From NCBI GenBank assembly GCA_964247055.1, contig OZ176050.1, positions 11,346,001-11,410,000 on the forward strand: 64,000 bases of DNA. Direction: 5' to 3'. The notes under the pieces were generated by a model that worked only from the letters and a program-made list of their open reading frames with translations, had not been told where the DNA came from and made no database searches. Positions 1 to 13,288 of the stretch are shown piece by piece. Every line of letters starts with the position of its first letter. Within the stretch, counting starts at the first letter, position 1. The stretch comes from Paragordius varius (lineage: Eukaryota > Animalia > Nematomorpha). A program made the translations under genes and the position numbers.

Positions 1-480
1 CATTGTTAATTATTAATAATTTTTAAGTATTTTAGACATTTTAATCAGGTAAAAAATTCGGTTTTTAAATTTGGTCAAATTTAATTTTTTTTGTTTTTTT
101 ATGTAACATTGATAATTGTAATCAATTACTACATATTTTGGACATTTTAATAAATACAGTTAAAAATTGCGGTTTTTAATAAATTTAATAAAAATTTAGT
201 TTTTTTTTGTTTTTTAGGTTTTGCATTGTTAATTGTAATTAATTACTACATATTTTGGACATTATAATAAATACAGGTAAAAATTGCGGTTAAAAAATTT
301 TAGTAAAAATTAAATTTTTTTGTTTTATAGGTTTTGCATTTTTAATTGTAATTAATTACTACATATTTTGGACATTCTAATAAATACAGGTAAAAATTTT
401 AGTTTAAGAAAATTTATGTATTATCCAAAAAAATTTTTGTTTTTTAGGTTTTGCATTGTAAATTATACATAGTCTTGAAA
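1..480 (+). repeat. Tandem array of about 4 degenerate units of ~117 bp
   Basis: Recurrent AATTGTAATTAATTACTACATATTTTGGACATT...AAATACAGGTAAAAATTGCGGTT motif at ~115-120 bp spacing; same unit as at 52185-52760. Confidence 0.85.
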
Positions 481-1019
481 TATTTTTTACATACTATAAT
501 AAAGACAGGTAAAAATCAATGTTTTTCGGTTTTATATGTAACTATAAATACCAACCAATATGAAAAATAATCTATATTCATATAAACATCGATATATAGA
601 TGCAACTAAAATATATTTATTAAAAATTTTAGAGGTTTAAAAGATCGATAATAAAGACTTTCTACTATAAATCACACAAAATATACTAAGCCGATATTTT
701 TTAATCACCCTTCAAAAATTATGAATAAGAAGCATATTATTTTTAGATATAAATAAATTTATTTATATATAATAAATCATTATAATATATGTTGGAATCA
801 TCCAGCTTAATGGTCAATCTATATCATCATTGTCATTGACCGTCTTGTATGTTAGATTTACAATTTAATGATTAATATCATCAATTATTATTATAGGACA
901 GTTGAATTTTGAAAATACCGATTGCAATAGTGTGGGAGTCTTATTTATCAGTAACATTATAATATATACATTGGTTCGATATTCTTTATAGTCCGGGTGA
1001 TCATCTAAATAAAAAAATA

Positions 1020-1770
1020 AAAAAAGATTATTGGGTTTTTGAAATTATAATCACTATCTCTTTTTTATGAAATCTAACAAAAATATCTGATAAAATACTC
1101 AATTTATCATCCAAAAGATCACTGGAAAACGTGGATAAAATTAAGAATATTTTACCATCATTCTCTGGGATGATTATATCAGCTAACATAAAAGATAGAT
1201 GAGTTTTTATGGAATTTAATAATGATATTACTGTTCCTACAATCGCTTTCCTGGATTCCATAACTATTATCACAATTAGAAACGCTAATGGGAGCTAACA
1301 CCAATTAAAATAAAAAATAAATTAACCTTCATAAAATCGGAAAAATATTTTTTTTATAAAAAAGAAAATAAAAAATGTTATAAATTTTTCCACCTGCATT
1401 TTCTTTTTAAGAGCCAAAACTAAAAAAACACGTATCCCCTTCATAGTCTTAAAAAAATACAAATTTGATAAAATTTTCTTCTTCGCACTCATACCATGCC
1501 AGAAAAGCTTAGGCGCCTTGTCTTCATAGTGTAGGGAATTTTTCGTGCTGTTTTGGCTAAAAAGAAAACTGTAAAAAGATCATTTTCAATTTTTTTTATA
1601 ATGAAAAAATCATTTTTGCAAATATTATGAAGGTAAATTATTTTTGTATTAATTAGGGGATTCTAACAATGAGAATGTTTTAGCTCCCAACAGTATTTCG
1701 GATTGTGACAACTATGTTCATAAAAAAGAGATAGCGATTATAATTTTTAAAAACCCAATAATCTTTTTTA
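1020..1770. repeat. Degenerate ~750-bp inverted repeat nested inside the first element
   Basis: 1021-1075 (AAAAAGATTATTGGGTTTTTGAAATTATAATCACTATCTCTTTTTTATGAA) is the reverse complement of 1716-1770. 1270-1390 pairs with 1575-1712 (GGGAGCTAA/TAGCTCCC). Confidence 0.65.
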
Positions 1771-1961
1771 TGTACTACGAAATAATTTCGTGGGTCAGTA
1801 TTTTACGCATTGGATAAACCATTTATGTTATTGGACTGGCAATAAAACTACTGAACATACATTAAAATGCATACTGTATTGTAAAAAATATTTTTTCTAT
1901 GTGAATAATTGTCGACTAAGCCAATGCCCAATCCGTTATAGGGAGCCAGTCTATTTGCTAA

Positions 1962-3387
1962 CACTGCTCGACAAAGTTTTGCACCACCCCCCCCCCCATT
2001 TTTTGCATTTTCTGTTACCTAATGGCATGGAAAGGCCAAAACAAAACAAAAATTTAAGGCCGCCAATAGGTTTTTTTTAATTTTAAAAAACAATTATTCC
2101 TCGTGTACATATATTTAAATATTTAAACGAGCTTATCAATACAAGTGGTATTCCAAAGATTTTCAATTATAATTTTAGACCGAAAATGCAAAAATTATCC
2201 AAACATACCAGCCCCAGTATACGATACCACAGAAGATTTTTTTTATTAACGAAGACTGCAGATATTGATGATTCATATAATAGAATTTTAAAAAAATGTC
2301 GTCGATCTATATATTAAAATATAAACTGCCCGAAACCGCTGCTATTTGTTATCTCTTCTGCACGAGAAATACGTCTTATCGAGCACAAAGATAGACAATA
2401 TACAATAAATTAATATCAATCTATACAATATGTTAATGAATTCTATGTATTAAATAAAATAAACTTTATGAATATAGAGTTAAAATATATTGCTAAGCAA
2501 AGAGTATAAATATCAAAAATCTTAAAAATCGAAAGGTAATGTATGGTGTGTGGTATGACTGCAAAAACACCCAAGCAATCCTATAATGATGCCAGGTATG
2601 GCAAAGGTATACAATAATGACGTGATTAAAGCCCGGTAGGAGAGAATTTCAATATAAAGTAGTTAACTTCAGCAATCTGAAATTGACCAAATTAACTAAA
2701 TCACAGAATAGAGTTAAACAGATTTGACCATGTAATCGGATAAGAGGATTAAAATATTATTGCATTTCATAAAATTATGGTAGTATATTATCCATAATCC
2801 TCCTAATAAAAGTGGCTGCCCAACATCCATCTGAAATTCAAATAATAAAGCAGCCAATCATATTAAAAATAAATAATATATACTAGGATAAGTAAGAAGA
2901 TTTTTTGTAAGAATCAACCGAAGAGAAAACCCCTAATAAGTACTAGAAATAACGTAAAATAACAAAATAAATTTAGCCTCTCTGAAAGCCGAAGGTTTAA
3001 ATCATAGAATGCCTTTTTAGTATTTTTTTAATATAAATTTATATGTGCTTAAAATCAACTTAAAAAAAGACTAAATTTTGTCGTTTATATCCATACTATT
3101 TTTTTCTCCCTGATATTTAAATGATATATTTATATTCAAATGTTAGAGTTTATAACGCTTTATTAAATGATATTAATTTTATAACATAATAACTTTTACT
3201 ATAAAGTTATATTTAATTTTCGTCCGATTTTCCCTTTTTTTGAAAAATCGAAAAACCTGTAATATCTCAAAATTCTGATTGGGGGAATCAAAAATTTTTT
3301 CAGATTCGGTTTTAGAACACTGAAATTAGTCATAATTTAAAATTTTGAGTAAGGGTGCTCAAAAATGTCCAAATTTGTCGACTAGTG
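1962..3387 (+). mobile_element. Non-autonomous Tc1-like DNA transposon, copy 1 (older, with ~290 bp extra internal sequence)
   Basis: Imperfect TIRs CACTGCTCGACAAAGTTTTGCAC and, reverse-complemented, CACTAGTCGACAAATTTGGAC; TA-type flanks; collinear with 47701-48827 and with the reverse complement of 3850-4982. Confidence 0.8.
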
Positions 3388-3849
3388 TTATTGAACTCAT
3401 ATTGTTTCATAGGTTTTCTGAAATTAGCAACGCTAAATTATTTTCAAGTGGTGTAGTATTATAAGAGAGTAAAGTTCTACCAAGCGGCTAATTAAAAATA
3501 GGTACATTGCCTTTATACGGGATTAAACCAGATTGATTACATAGTCTCGTAGCTTAAATCATAATTAGCTTTAAAGCCTACTTATTTTTATATGGTGTCA
3601 CATTTTCAGAAGGTGGAGCCATATCTAACGCTTAATTAAGGCGCTAAGTTGAATTTATTGCCTTTATAAAGATATTACTTACAACCACTATTAATGTATA
3701 ATCTCATAAATTGGGCGAAAATTTGTTTCAATTAATTCTTTTTGGCTCTATTTTTTGGAAAAATGTCCTTTTAGGCGGCTATATACAAATACCAATTAAA
3801 TAGCCGATTATATTTGGCTCTATCGTAAAAAGGTAAAATTGTAAAATAA

Positions 3850-4982
3850 CACTAGTCGACAAATTTGGACATTTTTGAGCACCACCACTCAAACTTTTAA
3901 ATTATGACTAATTTCAGTGTTTTAAAACCGAATGTGAAAAAATTTTTGATCCCGCCAATCAGAATTTTGAAATATTATAGGTTTTTCAATTTTTCAAAAA
4001 CAAGAGAAAATCGAGAGAAAATTAAATATAACTTTAATAAAATGTTATTATATTATAAACTTAATATCATTTAATAAAGCGTTTTAAACTCTATCTTTTG
4101 AATATAAATATGTCATTTAAATATCAGAGAGAAAAAAATAGTACGGACTTAAACGTCAAAATTTAGTCTTTTTCCTTCAAGTGAATTTTTAATACGTATA
4201 AAAAAATTTTAAAAAAATACTAAAAAAGGCATTCTATGGTTTAAACCTTCGGCTTTTAGATAGGCTATATTTTTTTGTTAGTTTTCGTTCTTTTGAGTAC
4301 TTATTAGGCTTTTTTTCTTGAGTTGGTTCTTATAAAAAATCCTTTATTTATACCTAGTGGATATACTTTATTTTTTAAAATTATTGGTTGTTTTGTATTT
4401 TTGATTTCAGATGGATGTTGTGTAGCCACTTTTAGTAGAATTTACTATTATGGGATTGGACCATTTGTATTTACCTAATCTTTTTATTCAATTTAATTAT
4501 AGAATTTATCTAACTTTATTCTGTTAATTGGTTAATTTGACATGTCAATTTGCCTGGATTTTGCTTGCAAGTCTCTCTTATCGGGATTTACGATTACTTA
4601 TTGTTATCTTTGCCATATCTGGCATAATTGGATCGCTTGGGGGATATGCAGAGCTGTGCAGCCGCCCGTATCTATCACACTATACATAAGCCCCTTTTAG
4701 ATTTTTAATACTTTGGCTCTTAGCTTGTTTAGTATCTTATTTAATGCCTAGAATTTTGTTATTCATGCATGGAATATTACTTGTATCGACTTGTTTTTGA
4801 ATATTTAAACATATATACACGAGGAATGATTGTTTTTTTAAATTATATACAAATTTAAAAATTAAATTTCGGAAAAATCCTATTGGTGGCCTCAATTTTC
4901 TTTTTTGTTTTGGCCTTTCCATGCCATTAGGTATCAGAAAATGCAAAAATAATGGGGTGGTGTAAAACCTTGTTGAGCAGTG
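3850..4982 (-). mobile_element. Non-autonomous Tc1-like DNA transposon, copy 2 (1133 bp)
   Basis: Near-identical reverse complement of 47701-48827; same imperfect TIRs. Confidence 0.85.
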
Positions 4983-5029
4983 TAATGGTTTAGGTTTCCT
5001 AGTAAAATGTAAAATATTAATCAAGCGCA

Positions 5030-6009
5030 GAATAGGGCTCCACAGGTTGTAAAATACACCACTATAGAATCTCTGACGTTATCATTTGACATAAAAAATA
5101 TGTTTTTTTATATTCCCCCGTATAATTGCAATTTTAGCACTTTCTTTTGATTAGCATTAGGGTAAGGTTCGATGCGTAAAACAGACCATTAGATAATATT
5201 AACAATTTAAAACTAATGTTCAAAACATATAAGTATGGATTTGGAACTTTTGGGTATTTATTTCCCTTTAAAAAAACACTTTCAGTTCTTATTTCAAAAT
5301 CGCCAAATAAAGTTCCACCTTTTGTAAAATTCGCTAACATATAAAGATAAGGTGGATTTGAAGCATTTCTTCGTCCGCGTTGTATGACTATGAAAGATTA
5401 ATATGAATTTCAGGTCTTCTCGAATAATTTTAGTTAAAACTTCTTTGCTTATTAGGGTTTCAACCTCTGTAGCATACGCCATAAAACAATGTGGCTTTAA
5501 AACTTTATATAAATACCTATGAATCTTTACGAATACAATAATTTAAATTACTAGAAAACCTCCCACATCACTTTATTAATTAAATCACCGGATTAAATTG
5601 CACTTGTTGCAGAATAGACCATAAAAAATAACGTAAACCATCGAGATATAAATAATGGTTTTAGATATTAACAGCATATGGGCAAAAACAGTCTCGCGCT
5701 TTCTTTTAATTAGCGGCTGGGTAGGGCACCCTCGTGGATAAGACTTAATATTCCCTGCAATTTTTTAAAAAAGCCTATTAGATATCCTTACTTTAACTGT
5801 AAAGAAAATCCAATTTATAATTGAATTTTTCTGTTTTTAAAAAAATGTGGTAATCTTAATATATCTTTTCATTATGCCAATGAATCAAACAAAAAATAAA
5901 ATAGTTGTATCGAGACCAAAAATTTTTTATATAGTCCGATTGAAAAATCATATATTTGATGTTTCGAGCTAAAATGCGGCCCGCGAAGCCATTTGTGCTG
6001 ACATCCCTG
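5030..6009 (-). mobile_element. Decayed Charlie-type hAT transposon relic
   Basis: The end at 6009 reads CAGGGATGTCAGCACAAATGGCTTCGCGGGCCGCATTT on the minus strand, matching the MITE ends at 14113, 36134 and 40031. ORF 5294-5482 (AYATEVETLISKEVLTKI) loosely resembles the Charlie/GTF2IRD2-type YHTEVRWLSRGKVL motif. Left boundary uncertain. Confidence 0.45.
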
Positions 6010-9000
6010 TTTTAATAATTCCCTGCCTAGTGTTAATAGTGATGATGGAAAAATTGGGCAGTTTTAGGGTTCGATCTCTGACACCCCACACAAATCACAT
6101 TGCAAGAGCCTGACGCCTGACCTCCTATAATATCACGCCTTCTTACCATAGGGATTCAATAAATTTTAGAATATTTCCAATTAAAGACAGTGCGCATTTT
6201 TAATCAGATTGTGCATAGGGTAACACTTTATTAAACAACGTTCCTCGGTAGCAAGTTATGGATTTAATAATGATTTTAGGCAAAAAAATTTGACAACAGC
6301 TGTTAAATTAGCACGTGGTTAAAGCCTATACCCTATGTTTAACACATTTCCAGACAAAAAAATCCCGTCTGTAACTACTTATCTTTTTCTGTTTATTGTA
6401 GAAAAAATATATTATCGATTTACTTGCTAATGCTATAAGCAAGTCACAAAGAGGCACGACATGGCTCAGTTATTTGATATTTTAAAAAGTGAGGATTTTA
6501 AAATATGGAACCGATATTTTATAGTTCACTGGTTTAGTCTTAGAGGTTGATTCTTACATAGGAATTTCTTAAAGTTCGTTTTGTCACAAATCAAAGTTTA
6601 TCTGACAAGTTGTAAATCTTATTAATTTAGGAAGACGTTTAATTGCCCATAATTTCTACTTTTTCATTATTTCTTGATTGCAAAAAATGATAAGAAAATA
6701 TCTTTTTCTCCAACCAAATTTTGTTCGTAATTGTTTTACAATGTCAATTAAAAAAATTGAAGATTATATATAGATAGAATTATATTGTTGTCAATTTATA
6801 AAATTTATTATAAAAAAAATGCTTGAGAAAATAGGAAGAGATATAATTATAGATTTATTTTATAAAGTATAAGTGGTAGTAGATTGGTTAGTAATTATAG
6901 GGTTGTCATTTTATGAAATACTCTTACATTTATTTTAATAATAATCCTTCCACAAGTGTGGGATAGTTTAAAGTTAATAGAAAAAAACTACCTCAAATTT
7001 TCTTAGCATTTTTTTACCTGTCCTGACACCACACTACATAAAATACATCCAATTATAGTATTAAGATGATGAGATGATAAAGAGATAACATTAAAATTGG
7101 TAATCATCTATATTTTTAGCAATAAATATACTCTCGATACTTTTAAAATAGATGTTTTGAGATTCAAATAATATAAATATAATTATTTATTTGATTGATT
7201 TTATCATTAAAACTTTCTTTTTCGTAATAATAGTTAAATAAAACTTCTTTTGTCAAAAAAGTGTTACATTAGGTTTTCAAACAATTATAATAGTTTTCTG
7301 GCATCAATGAATTTTATGAATCCACTCCTCTCTAACCCTTAACTAATAAAAATTTTAAGTAAATATTTTTTATAAAGCTCCGTTGGAGTTTTATTGTTGG
7401 GTGAATTAAACAGCCTAGGCATATCCCTTAAGTTAAATGTAAGATGTTATGAAATGCCTGGAAAAGCGTAATTATACAAATTGATTTACGGATTATAGAG
7501 TGCATTAATTTTGTAATTTATGATTTTTTCTTATGTTGTTTAATATATAATATATATAGACACCAAAACATATAGTAAATCATTGAGGCTTACCTTCAGC
7601 GTCTTAAACTCCAGATATATATAGATATATATTATACTCTCCTATTCTAGTTCTTGTAGGATGTAGTCAGGGAGAATTTACTTATATATTTATTTATTTT
7701 TTGAAAGATTTATTAATAGGATTTTAAATCTATAAATCGAAAATACTAATTTTTGTGATCATACAAATACTCTCTCTCGCTCTCTATAATTAAAGTTTAA
7801 CATTTTCGATTTTTGTAATACAGGATGATTAATTGTTATTATATATTTTACTGCTTAATAACTTAAAATACTTTACTTAAGTGGGATCTCGATGTCGCCA
7901 AAAATCTAATGCAATAAAACCTTTACGTATATGTCAAATAAAATGTTAAGAAAAAAAATACTAATGGGTTAAAAAATCTTTGTATATATAAAAACCGATT
8001 AATTAATAAAATTAATTATTATTTAATAAAAACACAACCTATTATGATCAAAAACGTATTAAAATTTTGATTATTGATAAGCATCCACTTTTATGCAAAA
8101 TCTTCTCGTTAAAAAATTATTAATTAATTATAACTTTTATTAAGATGACGTTTGAATATATATATAATTATATATTAATCATAAAATATAAAAATTCTAT
8201 TAATCGTTAAGAAGCCATCTAAATTTTAGGAGTAGATTCTATAACAGATGATATTTTGATGGCATATATTAAATTAAATAATAAGTTGTTTTTATACCGA
8301 ATAAATATATAAGTTGTGTATACACTACACAGTATTAACCACTTTAACATAATAATGGCCAACTAGACTTTTAATTAGGATTCCTAATTCCTAAATCCGA
8401 AATAAGAACTAAACATGGATAATTAACCAATTTATTGTTAAATTTGGGGGCTGGCACATAAGGTGTAGATGTAATGTTAAATTTTTAACCCTAAATATTT
8501 AATATTTTGTTTACTTTGTTTTAATTTCCCTGGAGAGAAAATAGAATAAATGATTAAAAATTAGTCAATATATCTCAATTTTTTAGGGCAACTTGGGAAT
8601 AAAACCTATAATTAAACAAGATAGCAATGTTGTGTTAGCCTTTAAATTTTTTTACAAAGACGCTATAAGAATGAGAACACAGATTTATAAATCAATTTTT
8701 AATTTAAGGCCTTACATTTACTAAACGGCAAGAATAGCGAGATACAGACTATTAATGCAATCCAATCTCCAATACTAAGCAAGCAATTTAATTGCTTTTA
8801 ATTCCATTAAAGTAGTTAATAATATATATGATATAATATAGCAAATTAATAGCAAAGGATAATACCATTTTTTGCTCTCTATTTCTCTCTCAAAGTCATT
8901 TCCTTCCTGTAGGAAGTAATAGTAGCAACAAAATAGTTTCAATAACTCAATTAAGCATTAGGTAACCCTCATTGTTTTGCGCATGCGATATTAAGGTTGA

Positions 9001-9505
9001 AACACCTAATATATCTTATAAATAAATCTTGGATATATCAAAATATATATCGATTTTTAGTTAATAATACTAATGATACGTATAAATTTCATAAGGTAAT
9101 AAGGTTAGATTGATCATTAAGCTACCTAAAATAATGAAACCTAGCTGGGTCCCAGTTCAAATTATAAAAATGTTCTAAAAAGAAACTTAAGTTTTGCTAA
9201 AAAATGATTTTGCACACACCAATAATATCATCTAACCATATAATTTGACATAAAATTATATAAAAAAATAGTTACAAGCTTAGTATCCACCTGTGCACCA
9301 TAGCACGTTTCTGTCATATGAGGTAACTTTCAACTTTAAAGCCTTTAAGGTTTTAAGTAAACAGGCGAGAATACATATATTAATTTTCATTTTATACGGT
9401 GCTGTAAAAATCATTAATGCTAAACAATTTACAGGTCAAAATCCCTACTTTAAATTAAAATATATTATTACTATATCAGGTTGCAATAAGAAATGGATTT
9501 GGTAT

Positions 9506-9530
9506 TATATATATATATATATATATATAT
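9506..9530. repeat. (TA)n microsatellite
   Basis: Uninterrupted TA dinucleotide run. Confidence 0.9.
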
Positions 9531-11200
9531 GGTTTGAATAATTCTTACCATAAAAAGACATAATCTTAAGTATTATAGATGCAATTAGTTTAAATTATTT
9601 CATATTTAATTAATCCTAAAATCCTTGCTGTGTATTATATGAAATTTGATAATATTAAACCAATTCTACGGTAAGATTCTGTCTTATATATGATATTGTC
9701 ACAATTATCGTAGGAGTTCATTATGATGATATTATTATATATTCATATATTAATCTTTTATAGGTTTAACAGGGCAGACCCAGTCTACACTAACAATAAT
9801 GACCCCTTCCACCGTTAAGTTTGATTAAAACCATTTTTACTATTTAATTTCTAGTCACAAATTTAATTTGGTTTTTAAAAACTATCCTATGTGGTACCAA
9901 GTTTAGTCTCATATAATTAGTTGACAAATTTAATGATTCAAATTAATAATAAGTTATAATGTAATTTGATAGTAAAAGTGACCGTGATAGTATAACAATA
10001 ATATAATTTTGATTTCTGCCCTTATAAGTTTCAAATTAATTCCCTTTTCACTTTAATTGACATTGGAGAGTTAAAATTTCAAGTGATAAAAGGATGTTTG
10101 AAGGAAAACTATGTTCACTGCTGAACGGTTATTCACAAATAAATTAATATGTTTTTTCAATTTATATATAAAGCTAGTTATATACAAAAATAATATAATC
10201 TCATGATTTTTCTCAAAATTACTAAATAATAGAAAAATCAATTCTGCTACTAAACTTTAGGGCTAAATACTGGATTTCCTTACCAAATCCTAACCACTTG
10301 CTATTATATTAAAAAATAAGTATATTTCCAATCATACTCAAAATTAAGGCGATGTAAAATATAAAAATATCCCTAACTTTTAATCATTTCTCGTTTGGCT
10401 TCGGTGATTTCAAAATTTTGTATACGATAATTCAACCTCAATCTTAAATAATTTTCCATCTTTTAAATATTATCCTAAGTTAAGAAGATGCATATTTATA
10501 GTTTCATCTTTTTTATTAATTATGTTTTATGGTGAGCAAAATTCAGATAAAGTATTTTTGTGCATAAAAGCTAGTTTTTTAGCAAAACATTTAGCGCTTT
10601 TCAAAACCACTTTAAAAATATTTTCTTTGAACTCTAATGATGAAACATTTAGCATATAAAAAACAGAAAGCTATAAAGGAAAAATTTAATAAAAATAAAT
10701 GATATCGGCTCATTAATATAAGTTTTGCTCTTTTTTCTGTCAAAAATAGAAGTAAAAATATTATTAACAACAAATGAATTAATTTTAAATTTCAAAAATG
10801 TACTCAAATATACCACGAAACTACCATATTAAAATGTAAATTTGATCCTACACTAAAGAGCAATATCATTTATAAATTGGCACCCTTTTTTATTGAGTGA
10901 TTGATTAAATTACCCATAATCGTTTTCGACCATTGGGGTTTTGAGAGACAGAGAGAAAGTCCTATGCGCTACTGTCCTTTTCAATAACCAATATTTATTT
11001 AAACTTTAAATTATTGCGTTTTAAAACAAATATAGTTTTATCTTGTCCTAGGTAAGAACAGTCAAACCTCTTTTCATGGGATGGACCTTATTGTAAGTTG
11101 CTCGCTCCTTTTGCTCTTTTTTTCTTTAAAAATAAAAAATAGAAAAAATAAATCATATGTTTTAACTTTTCACTGTATATAATTATATTAGTGTATTTTA

Positions 11201-11369
11201 CAGTAGCGTATGGAGTAAAAGATTGTTAGTGCAAAAAATAAAAAATTGTCTTTTTAAAAAAACAAGGGGACATTATACATATGTGTATTTACAACTAGGA
11301 TTGTTTTTTTAAAAAAAACATTTTTTTATTCTATTTTGCACTAACATTCTTTTATTCCATACGCTACTG
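11201..11369. mobile_element. Hairpin MITE, family B (Tc1/mariner-type)
   Basis: TA-CAGTAGCGTATGGAGTAAAA ... TTTTATTCCATACGCTACTG-TA; inverted arms of ~60 bp; TA target-site duplication. Confidence 0.85.
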
Positions 11370-12610
11370 TAAATACTTTTTTAAAATAAAATTATCCTGA
11401 ATTTAGTTAATATATAGAAAGTCAGTTTCAACATCATATGATTAGATATAGTGTATATATTGGATTCTGAAGCCGGATCGTTTGTTATTGAGTCTGTTTC
11501 TAATTTTTTCCTTCGCAGTTTTTTTTTGCTTTTTAGACAACTGTGATGTTAACAATTAAAAATTAAAAGTATAAATTTTAATACAAGGTTTTTTAGGACT
11601 TGCTTTTGCCTAAACTACCCATAGTTAATAATTTGGGAAGAAAGTGGAAAAACACATTCTAGCCAATAAATTTAGTTCAATGTAAAACCCATTCAAATTT
11701 TTTTGCATGTAATAATTATATTTGTTTAAAATAATTATTACATGCAACATGAGAATTTTAAAATTATTATTTCGGTGAGTATATGATCACCTTAAAAAAC
11801 TTATTTTCTAATGTATCCAATGTTAAATCCTTACAGAATTTATGTTTGTTTTTTAAAGGTTTTAATGCTCTCTCTAAAGACATTTTATCTAGTGCGTTTT
11901 ATATGCCGCGTCGCATATTCATCGATTTTTTCTTATGGTAATTATTAATGACGCTATATGGTTAAAAAATTTGCTCAGCATAAAAAAATAACCTTCATTT
12001 AACTTTTTTAGCATCATAATATTTTTTAGTCTCATCATGCATTTTTTTGATTAAAAAAATATTGTAAATTATATATTTTGTAATATGAATGAATTTCAAT
12101 AATACATAAGCTAATATGATTGATTATATATTTAATATGGTTCCGGTCGCAGAGAGCATGTAAAAAAGATATGCTTCAAAAGATATTCTATTTGCCGACA
12201 AAAAGAATGTCAATTTTTTCAATGTATAGATAACAAAATAATCTTTTTATAAAGTTGTATATATCATAAACGAAACCCCTTGAAAATTGCGTATAGAATA
12301 ATTTGGATAGCATGGTATAAGTAAAAAATTTATATGTAATAACTTTTGTATGTTATTTAAAAGAGTATAACTCTATAAAAATCATTAGCATTCACTAATA
12401 CAAATATTGATTGGGAATTAGTTACGTAGAAAATGTTGTTTAATAATAAAATCTTTATCTTATTACATCAGCGGTATTATAGTACATTATTCCATTTCTA
12501 TATTAATAAATACTTTCCAACAATATAGAATGCTTACTTTTTTTAAATCTATATATAATTTTTACTAATTAGGGGGACGTCGGTTAATGGATTTTAAATA
12601 TATCAATATA

Positions 12611-12772
12611 CAGTAGCGTATGGAGTAAAACAATATTAGTCCATAATAAAATAAAAAATTGTTTTATTAAAAAAACAAGGGGATATTGTTTATTTACAAG
12701 TAGGATTCTTTTTTCAAAAAACAATTTTTTATTCTTTTATGGACTAATATTGTTTTACTCCATACGCTACTG
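12611..12772. mobile_element. Hairpin MITE, family B
   Basis: TA-CAGTAGCGTATGGAGTAAAACAATATTAGTCCAT ... ATGGACTAATATTGTTTTACTCCATACGCTACTG-TA; homologous to 11201-11369. A solo TIR fragment lies at 13199-13211. Confidence 0.85.
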
Positions 12773-13288
12773 TAATAAAAATGAGTTTTATCCATTCACC
12801 GATGAGTTTCCAAATAAAATATTTAACTTTAATAATTCGTGTCATAAGTTATATTTAATTCTCAAGAGTAAATGTTTTAAATAAAAATCGTGACTTTTTA
12901 ACACTAACCTGTTGTTAGTCTGGTTATATTAATTTTTTTTATTTTTTACAGGAAATATCATGTGTTAAAATTATTATCTTAGCGCTATTTTCACATGATA
13001 GTATTATTTTGTAAAGTAAAAATACGGGAAAATCCATTAATTTTGATTTATATAAAAAATTTAATTATTATATATAAGTTAGTTGTCAAAGTTAACGGTT
13101 ATGATATTTCGAAAAACATTCAGTGTAATGCAAAATAAGGAATGATTAACTTTGTCATAACTTTTTGTTTTAAAATTATGAACAGACTTAATTATACACC
13201 ATACGCTACTGTTATTTTTTAGTGATTGGAATCTGGTGAATGCCGAAGTATTTTAAGAATTTCGATTGGATTTTGAATTGAGTAGATA

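Larger units (their letters stand above)
1..1876. mobile_element. Partial copy of the CAGTATGCATTTTAATG-TIR (Foldback-like, Tc1/mariner-type ends) element family; left end lies outside the window
   Basis: Bases 1-480 match the satellite-bearing left arm of the element at 52185-52760. Bases 1771-1876 match about 100 bp of its right terminus (55855-55959) and end ...CATTAAAATGCATACTG followed by TA. Confidence 0.75.

Noticed and set aside
1790-2080. Track ORFs 1790-2080, 4737-5024 and 47737-47919 sharing HFLIPNGMERPKQ
   Set aside because: They share sequence only because they cross the terminus of the same repeat family. There are no domain motifs, and the ORF boundaries differ between copies.
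6039-6120. GTGATGA ... CTGA arrangement resembling a C/D-box snoRNA, with a GGTTCGA B-box-like motif
   Set aside because: No terminal stem, no convincing rRNA-complementary guide and no tRNA cloverleaf. Such short motifs are expected by chance.
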